A stretch of 63,673 nt of DNA, the filler included, from Gemmatimonadota bacterium (GTDB lineage Bacteria > 4572-55 > J002): the NCBI GenBank assembly GCA_003697105.1. It is 5 parts of 5 records of this genome, joined end to end, with 100 filler letters (N's around TTAATTAATTAA, not from the genome) between each part and the next. Parts side by side here need not be neighbours in the genome. Positions count along the whole stretch, not along the records: positions 34,939 to 47,665 come from RFFQ01000079.1; positions 47,766 to 55,629 come from RFFQ01000082.1; 3 more parts are not named here. One strand, written 5' to 3'. This document shows, one piece after another, positions 38,848 through 47,789 of this stretch (positions are counted from its first letter, which is position 1; every line of letters begins with the position of its first letter). The translations under genes and the position numbers were made by a program. The notes beneath the pieces were generated by a model. The model was given only the letters and a program-made list of their open reading frames with translations. It was not told the origin of the DNA and searched no databases.

Positions 38848-40293
38848 TTAAAATGTTTCAAAGGCGAGCCATAAAATATCGTCATGCAGACGATCAATCA
38901 CACTGGTGCGGACGGGATAATGGTTTGTGATGAGGCTGAATGCAATGGTGTGACCACGTTGGGTTGTCAAATAGCCACTATGACTGCGCGTTCCAGAAAG
39001 CGAACCGGATTTTCCTCGAATTTTATTTGCCAACCGGTGAAATCGGGAATCCAAGCTACCATCCACTCCAGCAATGGAGAGGCTATTTTCAAACACTTCA
39101 AAGTGTGGTGTGTCCCGCATTCGCACCAAAAAATCGGTCATTTCTGCGGTAGTGATCAGTGTCGCTGAAGATAATCCCGAGCCATCTTTTAGTACCAGTC
39201 GTTCGGGGTCAAACCCCATCTGTTCGGCAAATGTTTGGATCCACTTCAGCCCGTTTTCCGTTGTGCCCGGAGTGCCGTATTGATATGCCGCGGCGGTTTT
39301 GAGCAACATCTCCGTAAAAAAATTATGGCTATGCTTGTTGACCGGTTCAATCAGACGGGATAACGGTTCGGAGGTATGCCGTGCCAAATGTTGAAAGCCG
39401 ATTTTTGTCCAGTTCCGTTGAACGCGATCCCGGCGAATTCCGCCCTCAATTGAAATCCCTTTTTGCGCCAAAAAGCGCCAAAAACTATCCAGAAAAAAAT
39501 AGGTTGGCTTGTGAACCGAGAGCGATTCAGTCTCCCGGTAGCCTTGCGGCAATTTGCTCCGTAATAAAATCGTATTTGTTCCCAACAGCCGCCGGTAGGA
39601 TTCCACGTAGCGCGTGCCGGGCGCCTGTACCTGTTGCTCATTGATAAACTGCACATAATCCGTGTTGAACGGGAACCATGAGATCGATGGGGCACTCCCC
39701 ACTGGGGTATTGGCTTCCACCACCAAATCGACACAATTTTCGTTAAAGGAGAGCGCACTTAATTCCACGGCATAATAAAAGGAGAGATCATCCCATTCCC
39801 AACCGTGCGGATACGGTTCATCATCGAAAAAAGCGTCATTACCAACCAGATCACCGGTGATGGTACGGATGCCCGCCGCCGCCAACTGCCGGTAAAACTG
39901 CTCAAAAACAAACCATCGATCCGCCCGGTAGAAGCGTCCGCTGATGGAGGGGTCTCCGCTGCCAACGATGTAAATATCCCCCTCCCACACGCCATCGATT
40001 AACTGGCCATCACCCCAGATGTCCGTCTGATAACGGAAATCAGGACCGAGTGCTTGCAATATCGCCGCACTGGTAATCAGTTTTAAGTTGGATGCCGGTG
40101 TAACCCGAGTCCGGCTATTGACTCGCGCTAGCTCCACTCCGGCGGTATCCCGAAAGGAGACCGACCACAAGGCATCTGCCGCGGTGGAACGTTGTATCAG
40201 GGCTTCAATTTGTGCTTGAACATCAGCAGGTTGGGCTTGGCTGCGGGCTGTCCATATCCCCCAGATGACCAGTAGGATTGTGCACCATCTCAT
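38848..40293 (-). CDS. dacB: D-alanyl-D-alanine carboxypeptidase/endopeptidase (PBP4, peptidase S13)
   Basis: PASNLK (SxxK), SHN (SxN), GKSG, DGSGLS; signal peptide. Confidence 0.93.
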   Translation of the reverse strand: MRWCTILLVIWGIWTARSQAQPADVQAQIEALIQRSTAADALWSVSFRDTAGVELARVNSRTRVTPASNLKLITSAAILQALGPDFRYQTDIWGDGQLIDGVWEGDIYIVGSGDPSISGRFYRADRWFVFEQFYRQLAAAGIRTITGDLVGNDAFFDDEPYPHGWEWDDLSFYYAVELSALSFNENCVDLVVEANTPVGSAPSISWFPFNTDYVQFINEQQVQAPGTRYVESYRRLLGTNTILLRSKLPQGYRETESLSVHKPTYFFLDSFWRFLAQKGISIEGGIRRDRVQRNWTKIGFQHLARHTSEPLSRLIEPVNKHSHNFFTEMLLKTAAAYQYGTPGTTENGLKWIQTFAEQMGFDPERLVLKDGSGLSSATLITTAEMTDFLVRMRDTPHFEVFENSLSIAGVDGSLDSRFHRLANKIRGKSGSLSGTRSHSGYLTTQRGHTIAFSLITNHYPVRTSVIDRLHDDILWLAFETF

Positions 40294-41747
40294 TCTGAAT
40301 TCCTTTCCAAAGGCGCTGTCTCTTTAATTTGGGTTAGAATAGAGGGCAGGTAACGTAATAAATAATCCAGATCGGCTTTCGTGGTTTTCAATCCCATACT
40401 AAAGCGAACGGTTCCGTAGGACGCCGTATCTGCGCGAATTGCCTTGAGAACGTGCGAGGTCTCAATCTTGCCAGAACTGCATGCCGAACCGGCAGAGACC
40501 GAGATACCAATCTCATTCAGGCTGAGCAACAGCGCGGCGGTATCCACCTGTGGAAATCCGATGCTCATGTTATGGGGCACCCGGTGCGTGGCAGACCCAT
40601 TCAATATAATATTTGGCTCGATTTGCTTCAATTGAGTTAAAAAATAGTGATGCAATTCGGATAAGCGGTGGTGTTCGGTCTCCATTTCGGCTAAGGCGAG
40701 CCGGACTGCCGCCGCAAATCCTAAAATGTGCCCGACATTCTCCGTACCGGCACGCAAGCCAAGTTCCTGTTCGCCTCCGTGGATCAGGGGTGCGAGTGTG
40801 ATGCGATGATCCACAAATAAACCCCCGATGCCTTTGGGTGCATATATTTTATGCCCGGAGACCGACATCAGAGAGACCCCCCACGTTTTGGGATGCAGTG
40901 GGATTTTGCCCAGACCTTGAACCGCATCCACAAATAAGGGTACGTTGTGCTGGCGACAGACCTCGCTGATTCCCCGGATCGGATTGATCGTACCAATCTC
41001 ATTGTTGACCATCATCACGGCAACGAGTCGCGTATCGGTACGCATGTGGTTTGCCACGGTTTCTGGCGACACCCGGCCTTCGGGATCAACCTCCAGATAG
41101 GTCACATCAAAACCGAGGGTTTCCAAAAATTCCATGGTTCGCAAAACGGAGGAATGTTCCACTTGGGTTGTAATGAGATGTCCCTTTTCTGCCCAATGCT
41201 GAAACGCAATACCTTTGATTGCTGTGTTGTTTGCCTCCGAACCACTGCCTGTAAAGATAAACTCTTCCGGTTCAACTCCTAAACCTTGCGCAATTTGTGA
41301 TCGAGCTGAATTGATCAAATCAAACGCCTTTTTCCCTTGCCGGGTACTGCTACTTGGATTGGCGAAGCCTAAATTTCCGCGATAGTAGTCAACCAACACC
41401 TGCGCGACTTCTGGGCGGATGTACGTGGTGGCGTTGTGATCCAGATACACCTCCCGATAATCATCCACAGTGATATTCGCAATGGGTTTACAGGGGGAAT
41501 CTGCGGTCTGAATAGGAATGCCCACCCACGTATAAACCGAATTCAATCCATTCGGAAAAAGACGGTTGATCTCCGTTTTGGTGGTGCCCAGAGCCTTTTT
41601 GAGGGTATAATAGAGCGGTCCCACCCGGTGCTGGTTGTAATAATGGTAAGCAAAGGTCAAAATTTCCTCGTGACGAGGGGTGAGGGGCGTGTGTGTGGCG
41701 CGAGCCATGCGGTTGATCATCACTTTCACGTAATTATCCAGTTTCAT
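40290..41747 (-). CDS. Cysteine desulfurase (IscS/NifS group I) with an extra N-terminal TusE/DsrC-like domain
   Basis: YLDHNATT, ANPSS, SGHKIY (PLP Lys), RAGTEN, GSACSSG (catalytic Cys); ~95-aa N-terminal extension; ATGA overlaps at both ends. Confidence 0.88.
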   Translation of the reverse strand: MKLDNYVKVMINRMARATHTPLTPRHEEILTFAYHYYNQHRVGPLYYTLKKALGTTKTEINRLFPNGLNSVYTWVGIPIQTADSPCKPIANITVDDYREVYLDHNATTYIRPEVAQVLVDYYRGNLGFANPSSSTRQGKKAFDLINSARSQIAQGLGVEPEEFIFTGSGSEANNTAIKGIAFQHWAEKGHLITTQVEHSSVLRTMEFLETLGFDVTYLEVDPEGRVSPETVANHMRTDTRLVAVMMVNNEIGTINPIRGISEVCRQHNVPLFVDAVQGLGKIPLHPKTWGVSLMSVSGHKIYAPKGIGGLFVDHRITLAPLIHGGEQELGLRAGTENVGHILGFAAAVRLALAEMETEHHRLSELHHYFLTQLKQIEPNIILNGSATHRVPHNMSIGFPQVDTAALLLSLNEIGISVSAGSACSSGKIETSHVLKAIRADTASYGTVRFSMGLKTTKADLDYLLRYLPSILTQIKETAPLERNSE

Positions 41748-42622
41748 GCCGCATCCATATTTGCGCCGGGGTACAAATGAAAGGGATAACCGGTTCGGGA
41801 GGCTTCCATCCCGCACACAATCTCCTCAAAACGGGAAAATGGAATGCCCATGCCCAATCGATTCGGGTCATATTGGGCAATTAGCCGGGCTCCGATGCAA
41901 TAGGATGAAAAATTGATCTCTTGGGTCAAATAGGGGCGGACAATCAGATCGGAATTCACCACGCGGACGGGTCCCATGCTGGCATTTACCCGTTTGCCTG
42001 TCAAGAACTGGTATGCTTGTATAATGCGGGTCAATTCCACCGGACGAACATCAAGCGTGATGACATCTGGAATGAGGTCGATTTCATCAAATGTATGGGC
42101 ATAAAAAAAGACACCCTTCATTATTGCCGGCTGGATCGCGCTCATCTCTTGAATGGCGTGGCGGGCAATCTCCGGTGTTTGAAATCTACCGGAATCCTCC
42201 TTACCAAACAGGGCAAAATCGGGGCGACCTGCCGCCCGGCAGGCATAAACGATGCCCTCTGTGAAATCATGCGGAGTAGGTGGTTGAAAGCGATCGCCTA
42301 AATCAGATTGTTTTTTCATCAGATCGGTATAGACCCGCGAGCCACTCAGCGGTTGCCGCTCATGTTGGTCAACGAGACCGAACGTAATCGCTGCCGCCAC
42401 ACAACCGATATTATCCCGGGTGAGCAAGACGGCATCTCCCAGTGCTGCCTGTTTGTTTGCTTGACAACTGGTGAGAGTGATGTTGTCGGGTTTGTAATCC
42501 AGCACGGCGGCGGGAATTGGGTCATTGTGCCGGAAAAATTTTACGGCGGTCAGGGGGATGTTCAAACCGGCGACCCCCATCGCGTCGATCATCCGTTGGT
42601 ATAACTGGTGAAGTGTCGTCAT
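41744..42622 (-). CDS. DUF169 (COG2043) family protein
   Basis: TAVKFF, TSCQA, IGCVAA, PDVI, SSYCIGAR motifs. Confidence 0.75.
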   Translation of the reverse strand: MTTLHQLYQRMIDAMGVAGLNIPLTAVKFFRHNDPIPAAVLDYKPDNITLTSCQANKQAALGDAVLLTRDNIGCVAAAITFGLVDQHERQPLSGSRVYTDLMKKQSDLGDRFQPPTPHDFTEGIVYACRAAGRPDFALFGKEDSGRFQTPEIARHAIQEMSAIQPAIMKGVFFYAHTFDEIDLIPDVITLDVRPVELTRIIQAYQFLTGKRVNASMGPVRVVNSDLIVRPYLTQEINFSSYCIGARLIAQYDPNRLGMGIPFSRFEEIVCGMEASRTGYPFHLYPGANMDAA

Positions 42623-42692
42623 TGAGCGCACCTTCTAGATAACAGACCCCGAGACGGGGTTTAGACCGTTTCGGGGGTTCTGGATTTACAAC

Positions 42693-43628
42693 TTATTTTG
42701 CTCCTGCCGCCGCTGCAAATGTGATGTTGACAAATTTTTCCAGATCGATTTTACCGGACATTCCCGTGTTGGCGGGCACCTTTTCGGTGAGGTAGGTCTG
42801 AATCCGGTCTAAATCTTCTAACACCGGAAACAGTTCCCGGGTGGTGACCCGATCGGGGGGAGTCGTCAAGACGGTACGGACGACGTCTTCCTTTTGGTTT
42901 AGGAAATTTGCCCCAATTTTGGTGGTTTCATCCACATGATCATGTACAAAATCACCGGATTTTACCAAACTTTCCGTGAGTTCGTGCAACAAATTCGGGT
43001 AACGATGGATGACCTCATCCCGTGCCACTACCACGCAACATGGATGGTTGGGCCAAATATCTTTGGAAAGGGCAAATTCCTCACCCCAGCCTTCTAAAAC
43101 CACCTGTGTACCGTACGGCTCGGCGACAATATAACCCCCAATCTCACCGGCTTCGTCATATTTAATGGCTTGCGGAATTTGGGATGGCGCAACGACTTCA
43201 AACGTGACATCTTTACCCACACCGGTGGTCAATCCTTTTTCTTTGAGGAGTTGGTCAAAAAGCATGTAATGGATGGATAGATTGTAGGGGATCAAGACGG
43301 TTTTGCCTTTAAAATCCTCTAATTTTCGGATGTTGGCGCGCTTATTTGTCACGATAATACTGCCGGATTTATGCGCTAACAAGATCAGTTGTGCTTTTAC
43401 TCCCGCATGAAACAGATCCATGGCGTATGGTGCGAGCATAAAGGCAATATCAATGTCTCCTTTCATCAAGGAACTGCCCACATCATACCAGCCCACCATC
43501 GGGATAGTTTCAATGTCGCCATATTGAAATTCTTCTGTGTGCGTTCGCAGTTTATTTTCAGTTACCCCTAAAATCAGGTGATCGGTAATCTGCAAATGCC
43601 CGATCTTCAACGTCGGTTTCGTGCCCAT
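42693..43628 (-). CDS. NrtA/CmpA/NMT1-like substrate-binding-fold protein without a signal peptide
   Basis: KIGHLQITDHL, AFMLAP, VAEPYG, WPNHPCCV; hydrophilic N-terminus. Confidence 0.8.
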   Translation of the reverse strand: MGTKPTLKIGHLQITDHLILGVTENKLRTHTEEFQYGDIETIPMVGWYDVGSSLMKGDIDIAFMLAPYAMDLFHAGVKAQLILLAHKSGSIIVTNKRANIRKLEDFKGKTVLIPYNLSIHYMLFDQLLKEKGLTTGVGKDVTFEVVAPSQIPQAIKYDEAGEIGGYIVAEPYGTQVVLEGWGEEFALSKDIWPNHPCCVVVARDEVIHRYPNLLHELTESLVKSGDFVHDHVDETTKIGANFLNQKEDVVRTVLTTPPDRVTTRELFPVLEDLDRIQTYLTEKVPANTGMSGKIDLEKFVNITFAAAAGAK

Positions 43629-43709
43629 GATTGCCCTCTCTCTGCAATGTGATGAATAATTTGGCTCGTCTGGTATTTTTACGGGAGTAAACCCCGGATA
43701 AACCCATGA

Positions 43710-44084
43710 TTATTGGCGGATCAACCAATCGAGTGCTTCTTGTTCCGTCTCAAATGCGTATAATTTCCGCCGAATTGTCATCTGAATCGTGTTAATAAAA
43801 ATGCGGCTTAGTGGCGAGGCGCCTACAATCGCAGATGCTTTAACATACGGAGTATTATCGCGGGTATATTGGATCGCAATCTCTGTGGCTTCTTTGGTCA
43901 ATTTGAATTTGGTGAGATTGGTCAATACCCGTACCGATTTAGGGGGTTGTTCCCGAATAATCAAGCTGGCTTTCCGTAACTGCTTGACATAATAATCAAA
44001 ATCCAATTCAACGTAAGCGCTCAGGTCTAAATACAAGATATGGTAACCCTGATACACGCGCCAGTACACCCGTTCTTCTATCAT
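43710..44084 (-). CDS. SpoIIAA-like / STAS-SEC14 small protein
   Basis: ILYLDLS...VLTNLT...ASAIVG...FETEQEALDWL pattern; AAAGGAG RBS. Confidence 0.7.
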   Translation of the reverse strand: MIEERVYWRVYQGYHILYLDLSAYVELDFDYYVKQLRKASLIIREQPPKSVRVLTNLTKFKLTKEATEIAIQYTRDNTPYVKASAIVGASPLSRIFINTIQMTIRRKLYAFETEQEALDWLIRQ

Positions 44085-44437
44085 GTTGACTCCTTTGATT
44101 ACGATAAGATACTCTATTATACTAAATTTAGGGTTGGATCGTCAAGGGAGTTGCACCATTTGGGAATGCCCCCCAATGGCTCGGCAATTTAGGACTTGAC
44201 GGGCATGTCCCGGTTGTTGTATTGTTCTTATAATTATAATCCTCCTTTTATTTTTTTATAATGGAATAATGATGACACCGTCGGGGTAGCCAAATTTAGC
44301 GCAATCTAGCCCGAGTTTCCCCGACTCTCTGGGACAAACTAACATGAGGAAAACGTGGGTCAACCGCAAATAATATAGACATAAAAGCATTCCCCAAAGA
44401 TCCAATTAAAGAACAAAACATAAGGAGGGACCCCATC

Positions 44438-44884
44438 ATGATGCGACCAAAATCCAATAAGAAAAAACGGAGCTCGATCTATGACAGTATGAAACACAAA
44501 CAGATCGAACAGGAAAAAGAGGCAAAAAAAAGTATTGGCACGACACAAGAAATAGAAGCCGAACTCAAAAAAATGGAAAAAATGGTCTTGGACCTGAATG
44601 AAGCTTACCAGAATTTTTTTAGTGGTAAAGGGCGGGAACCCAAAGTGATGCGGCGGGAACTGGAAAATTTAATCCGAAAATACCAACGCGGAAGCCTCCC
44701 TCGGGCGGCATTAAAGTTTCGGTTTGAAAATATTCAATCCAAAATGGCATTATACCGCCCCCGCTGGGAGGAAAAACTGCGTGAAATGCGGTTTAATGAC
44801 ATTACCTTCACGACAACAGAAGCAACCCAAGTGGAACGTGAAGCGATCAACAAAATTTTCGACCTCAGCGATTTTGACGGCTAA
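44438..44884 (+). CDS. Hypothetical helical protein resembling the MXAN_5187 C-terminal domain
   Basis: YQNFFSG...P...RRELENLIRKY...LKFRFENI...YRPRWEEKLR; AAGGAGG RBS. Confidence 0.55.
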   Translation: MMRPKSNKKKRSSIYDSMKHKQIEQEKEAKKSIGTTQEIEAELKKMEKMVLDLNEAYQNFFSGKGREPKVMRRELENLIRKYQRGSLPRAALKFRFENIQSKMALYRPRWEEKLREMRFNDITFTTTEATQVEREAINKIFDLSDFDG

Positions 44885-45347
44885 ACCGGACGGGTGCGGC
44901 GTCTATTTTCGGCACAACTACAATGTGGTACGGTTGGGTCAATGCCATGGTGACCATACCTCCCTCGCTGGGGGTTTTTTCATGGATATTCACATATAAC
45001 GTATCGTTTCGCTGCTTGATCTGTGTAATCTCAATGCCATATCCACCGGTACGTTGTTCACCTTGAAAAACCGCAATGACTGACTGTGTTGTAAAATCAA
45101 CCACCGGTGTTTCCGGTAGCGGTTCCCGGATGGAATTGAGGGCGCGCCACAGATTCTCCCATTCCGTTTCATCCTGAATCACAAGCTCTTTTTTTTCTTT
45201 AATACCGCTGTAACTGCCGCTAAATTCCTCAATAACATCGATCTGCTTGAAATCGGATCCGTCCAAGTTCACCCCTTGTTGGCGTTTACAGCCCATCATC
45301 CCGGCCACAAGACATAAAAACACCATTACACTACCCCGAAGTGTCAT
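44865..45347 (-). CDS. PrcB C-terminal domain lipoprotein
   Basis: Lipobox-like MMGC; VDFTTQSVIAVFQGEQRTGGY...TMALTQPYHIV; AAAGGAG RBS before ATG 45347. Confidence 0.85.
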   Translation of the reverse strand: MTLRGSVMVFLCLVAGMMGCKRQQGVNLDGSDFKQIDVIEEFSGSYSGIKEKKELVIQDETEWENLWRALNSIREPLPETPVVDFTTQSVIAVFQGEQRTGGYGIEITQIKQRNDTLYVNIHEKTPSEGGMVTMALTQPYHIVVVPKIDAAPVRFSRQNR

Positions 45348-45421
45348 AACAACTCCTTTCATTTTTTCTTGATAACTCGATAACTTATACTGATTTCCTA
45401 TTTTGACAAGGGAGCCTATCA

Positions 45422-45694
45422 AGATGGGGGTATGTTTTCGTGGAATCGAAGCACTAGCAAGGCACTGACCTACTGTTACCCCTAACTCTTGCGTATCCAT
45501 CTCCTTAGCATATCCCAATGGGCAACTCCCGAGATTCATTCTTTCGAATTCCGGGAACCATATTAACGGGTTTTTTACAAATCAGCAAGATAAATTCGTT
45601 TGGAGCAAAAAGAAGGTGACGGCATACTAACGGGAAATAGCTCCCAAATGTTAGGCGGCCTGTACCAGTCAGCTGTTCAGGCATACCCTTATCT
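45422..45694 (+). ncRNA. Candidate structured non-coding RNA of unrecognised family
   Basis: 16-bp closing helix, five further nested helices and an 8-bp pseudoknot; G-U pairs favour the + strand; lies between divergent genes. Confidence 0.5.
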
Positions 45695-45704
45695 GCAATT
45701 TCGC

Positions 45705-45732
45705 TTGACAAATCCCGCAAATGTGCTAGAAT
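45705..45732 (+). promoter_or_regulatory. sigma70-type promoter (extended -10)
   Basis: TTGACA-N16-TAGAAT with TG one base upstream of the -10 box. Confidence 0.7.
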
Positions 45733-45784
45733 CTTACGCAACTCGGAACAGCGTTCATCACTTGAATTGGTAAAGGAGAAGCCT

Positions 45785-46594
45785 ATGCGTCAGGTAATGC
45801 TGGCTATTTTATCCATTACACTGTTTTTGCTGATATTCATCTTGTTGGTAGCCTTTCGTCCTTTTGAAGAGCAGGGGATGAAAATAGTGATTAGCCTGTT
45901 GGTGATTGGTACGTCGGGAGTCGCCGCCGGTGTGGTGTTCAACACCAGCACGGCGTTGGAGGGGGAAGACCGCATCCCGTGGCTACTAATTGGGCTAGGC
46001 ATGATGGCGCTCTTTTTTGGAGACATCGTTCACACCATCTATGATGTGGTGATCCAGCGGGACGCGGAGGGCTTTTTTGCTAAACTGATTTATGAAATCT
46101 TCTATTTCGCAATGTACCCCTTCTTCATCTGGGCCATTGTTACCCAATGGCGGAACTTCGGATTATCCCGCGGAAAGTGGCTGATCGCACCTTCGATTTT
46201 TGCGGTAGTGACTTTGCTCATCTTTCTGTTTTGGTTGATTATTCCCGTGCTGAGCTATGATGCCAGTGCTTTTACCAAAATGGTGGATCGGGTATTGGCG
46301 GTGGTCTATTTGGTCTTGGATGTGGTGGTGATTGCCGGAGCGGCATATCTCATTTTTGCCTTGTGGGGTGGGGCAATTTCCATTGCGTGGGTGCTGATTG
46401 CTGCCGGCATTCTGGTGACCGGCTTTGCCGACGGACTATATTACCATACGGAATTATATGTGACCAATGTGTACCCGCACACCATCACTACCGGCATGGA
46501 AAATCTCGCGGATGTAGGCTATGTGCTCACCAGTTTGCTGATTTTGCTCGGGGCATATACGAACCGCCTTATTTTTGAAGGGGAACTTGCCTGA
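45785..46594 (+). CDS. Stand-alone polytopic membrane protein resembling membrane sensor domains
   Basis: About 7-8 hydrophobic helices; WLLIGLG...GD, WVLIAAG...AD; AAAGGAG RBS. Confidence 0.7.
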   Translation: MRQVMLAILSITLFLLIFILLVAFRPFEEQGMKIVISLLVIGTSGVAAGVVFNTSTALEGEDRIPWLLIGLGMMALFFGDIVHTIYDVVIQRDAEGFFAKLIYEIFYFAMYPFFIWAIVTQWRNFGLSRGKWLIAPSIFAVVTLLIFLFWLIIPVLSYDASAFTKMVDRVLAVVYLVLDVVVIAGAAYLIFALWGGAISIAWVLIAAGILVTGFADGLYYHTELYVTNVYPHTITTGMENLADVGYVLTSLLILLGAYTNRLIFEGELA

Positions 46595-47499
46595 TGTCAT
46601 TACACGGTAGCTTGGATGATTTTCATTTGATTGAAGTCCTTCAGTTTTTGGTCTCGGCGCAAAAAACCGGCATTTTAGCGGTAGATTTAGCCGGAGAAAA
46701 GAAGCCGGGCGAAATTGCTTTTTGTGCGGGGTCGATAGTTCAGGCAAAATATCAAAAACAGGACGCCGAAACTGCATTTTATGCGATCATTGCGAAGGCA
46801 GAGGGTAATTTTCAGTTTAATGAGAAAAGCACAATCAAACAGAAGGGGATAACAACCCCAACGGTTGAATTACTTGCCAACAGCTCGCGCCAAAGTGACC
46901 CCAAAGATACTGCGGAAACGGGTGTCGCACTGGATGCCGTCATTCATCTGGCATCTAATCCACCAGAAGAATCTGCCGCAATTGAACTTACGCCGGAAGA
47001 ATGGCGGGTGCTGATGCAGATTGATGGGCAGCATACCTTGCGACAAATCGCAGAAGCCGCCAGAATGACTCCCGCTCAGGTCTCTGGAATTTTACACACC
47101 TTAACCGGTATCGGTTTGGTCGAAAAAGCCCCTCATTCCGGTAAAAAACTGAGACGCGTAGCCGCGCTGTTATGCGAACGGTTGCTGGATCAATATCGCC
47201 GGCTACGCGGTCCTAAAATCGCCGCTCAACTGGAAATGGACTTTAATGCGTGGTTAGCCCAAACGGGGCTTTCTCTCCAGTTTGTGGAAGGCGAATTGCG
47301 CGATCCGGAGACCTCCGGAGACCTCGATGAGATCGCCACGCGATACCGCCGGGTGTTGGAGGCATTGGTGACGATCATCCAAGAAAAAATCGGTCAAAAA
47401 CACGTGGATCGCGTCTGGCAAAATACCCTCAAAAATACCTCCGAATTAGAACTCAACTTGATCGAAGAATTCCGGTTTGATAAAGTATTTTCGCACTAA
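46594..47499 (+). CDS. DUF4388 (PATAN-like) domain protein with a winged-helix-like region
   Basis: LHGSLDDFHLIEVLQFL...KTGIL...GEIAF...G; LTPEEWRVLMQIDGQHTLRQIA; TGATG overlap with the upstream gene. Confidence 0.82.
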   Translation: MSLHGSLDDFHLIEVLQFLVSAQKTGILAVDLAGEKKPGEIAFCAGSIVQAKYQKQDAETAFYAIIAKAEGNFQFNEKSTIKQKGITTPTVELLANSSRQSDPKDTAETGVALDAVIHLASNPPEESAAIELTPEEWRVLMQIDGQHTLRQIAEAARMTPAQVSGILHTLTGIGLVEKAPHSGKKLRRVAALLCERLLDQYRRLRGPKIAAQLEMDFNAWLAQTGLSLQFVEGELRDPETSGDLDEIATRYRRVLEALVTIIQEKIGQKHVDRVWQNTLKNTSELELNLIEEFRFDKVFSH

Positions 47500-47665
47500 A
47501 TCCTAAGTACACGTCAAAAGTGTAATAACTCTTTTGAATTCAATGGGTTTCAGATGTATATAGGCCATGATTGATTGTCATTCATCAAGCCCGTATCGAA
47601 ACAAACTGATTTCAGGTTTACCGTGTTTTTTGATTTTAATGGGCTTCCGTTTCTGTTTCCATTCG

Positions 47666-47765
47666 NNNNNNNNNNNNNNNNNNNNNNNNNNNNNNNNNNN
47701 NNNNNNNNNTTAATTAATTAANNNNNNNNNNNNNNNNNNNNNNNNNNNNNNNNNNNNNNNNNNNN
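47666..47765. other. Artificial contig linker
   Basis: N44-TTAATTAATTAA-N44. Confidence 0.99.
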
Positions 47766-47789
47766 AACTCCCAAACTCATCAAACTCAC

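Noticed and set aside
44085-44437. Riboswitch in the 350-nt divergent intergenic region
   Set aside because: Only isolated hairpins (GTCGGGG/CCCCGAC) and a TTATAATTATAA palindrome; no aptamer consensus recognised
45422-45694. tmRNA, 6S RNA or retron msr-msd as the identity of the structured element
   Set aside because: No T-arm/CCA 3' end; branched rather than rod-like; no reverse transcriptase on the contig
45505-45741. 78-aa minus-strand ORF across the candidate RNA
   Set aside because: No clear RBS or motif, and it overlaps the + strand promoter; a small protein cannot be fully excluded
47500-47665. Possible IS end at the contig terminus
   Set aside because: No transposase or second inverted repeat is visible, so it cannot be supported
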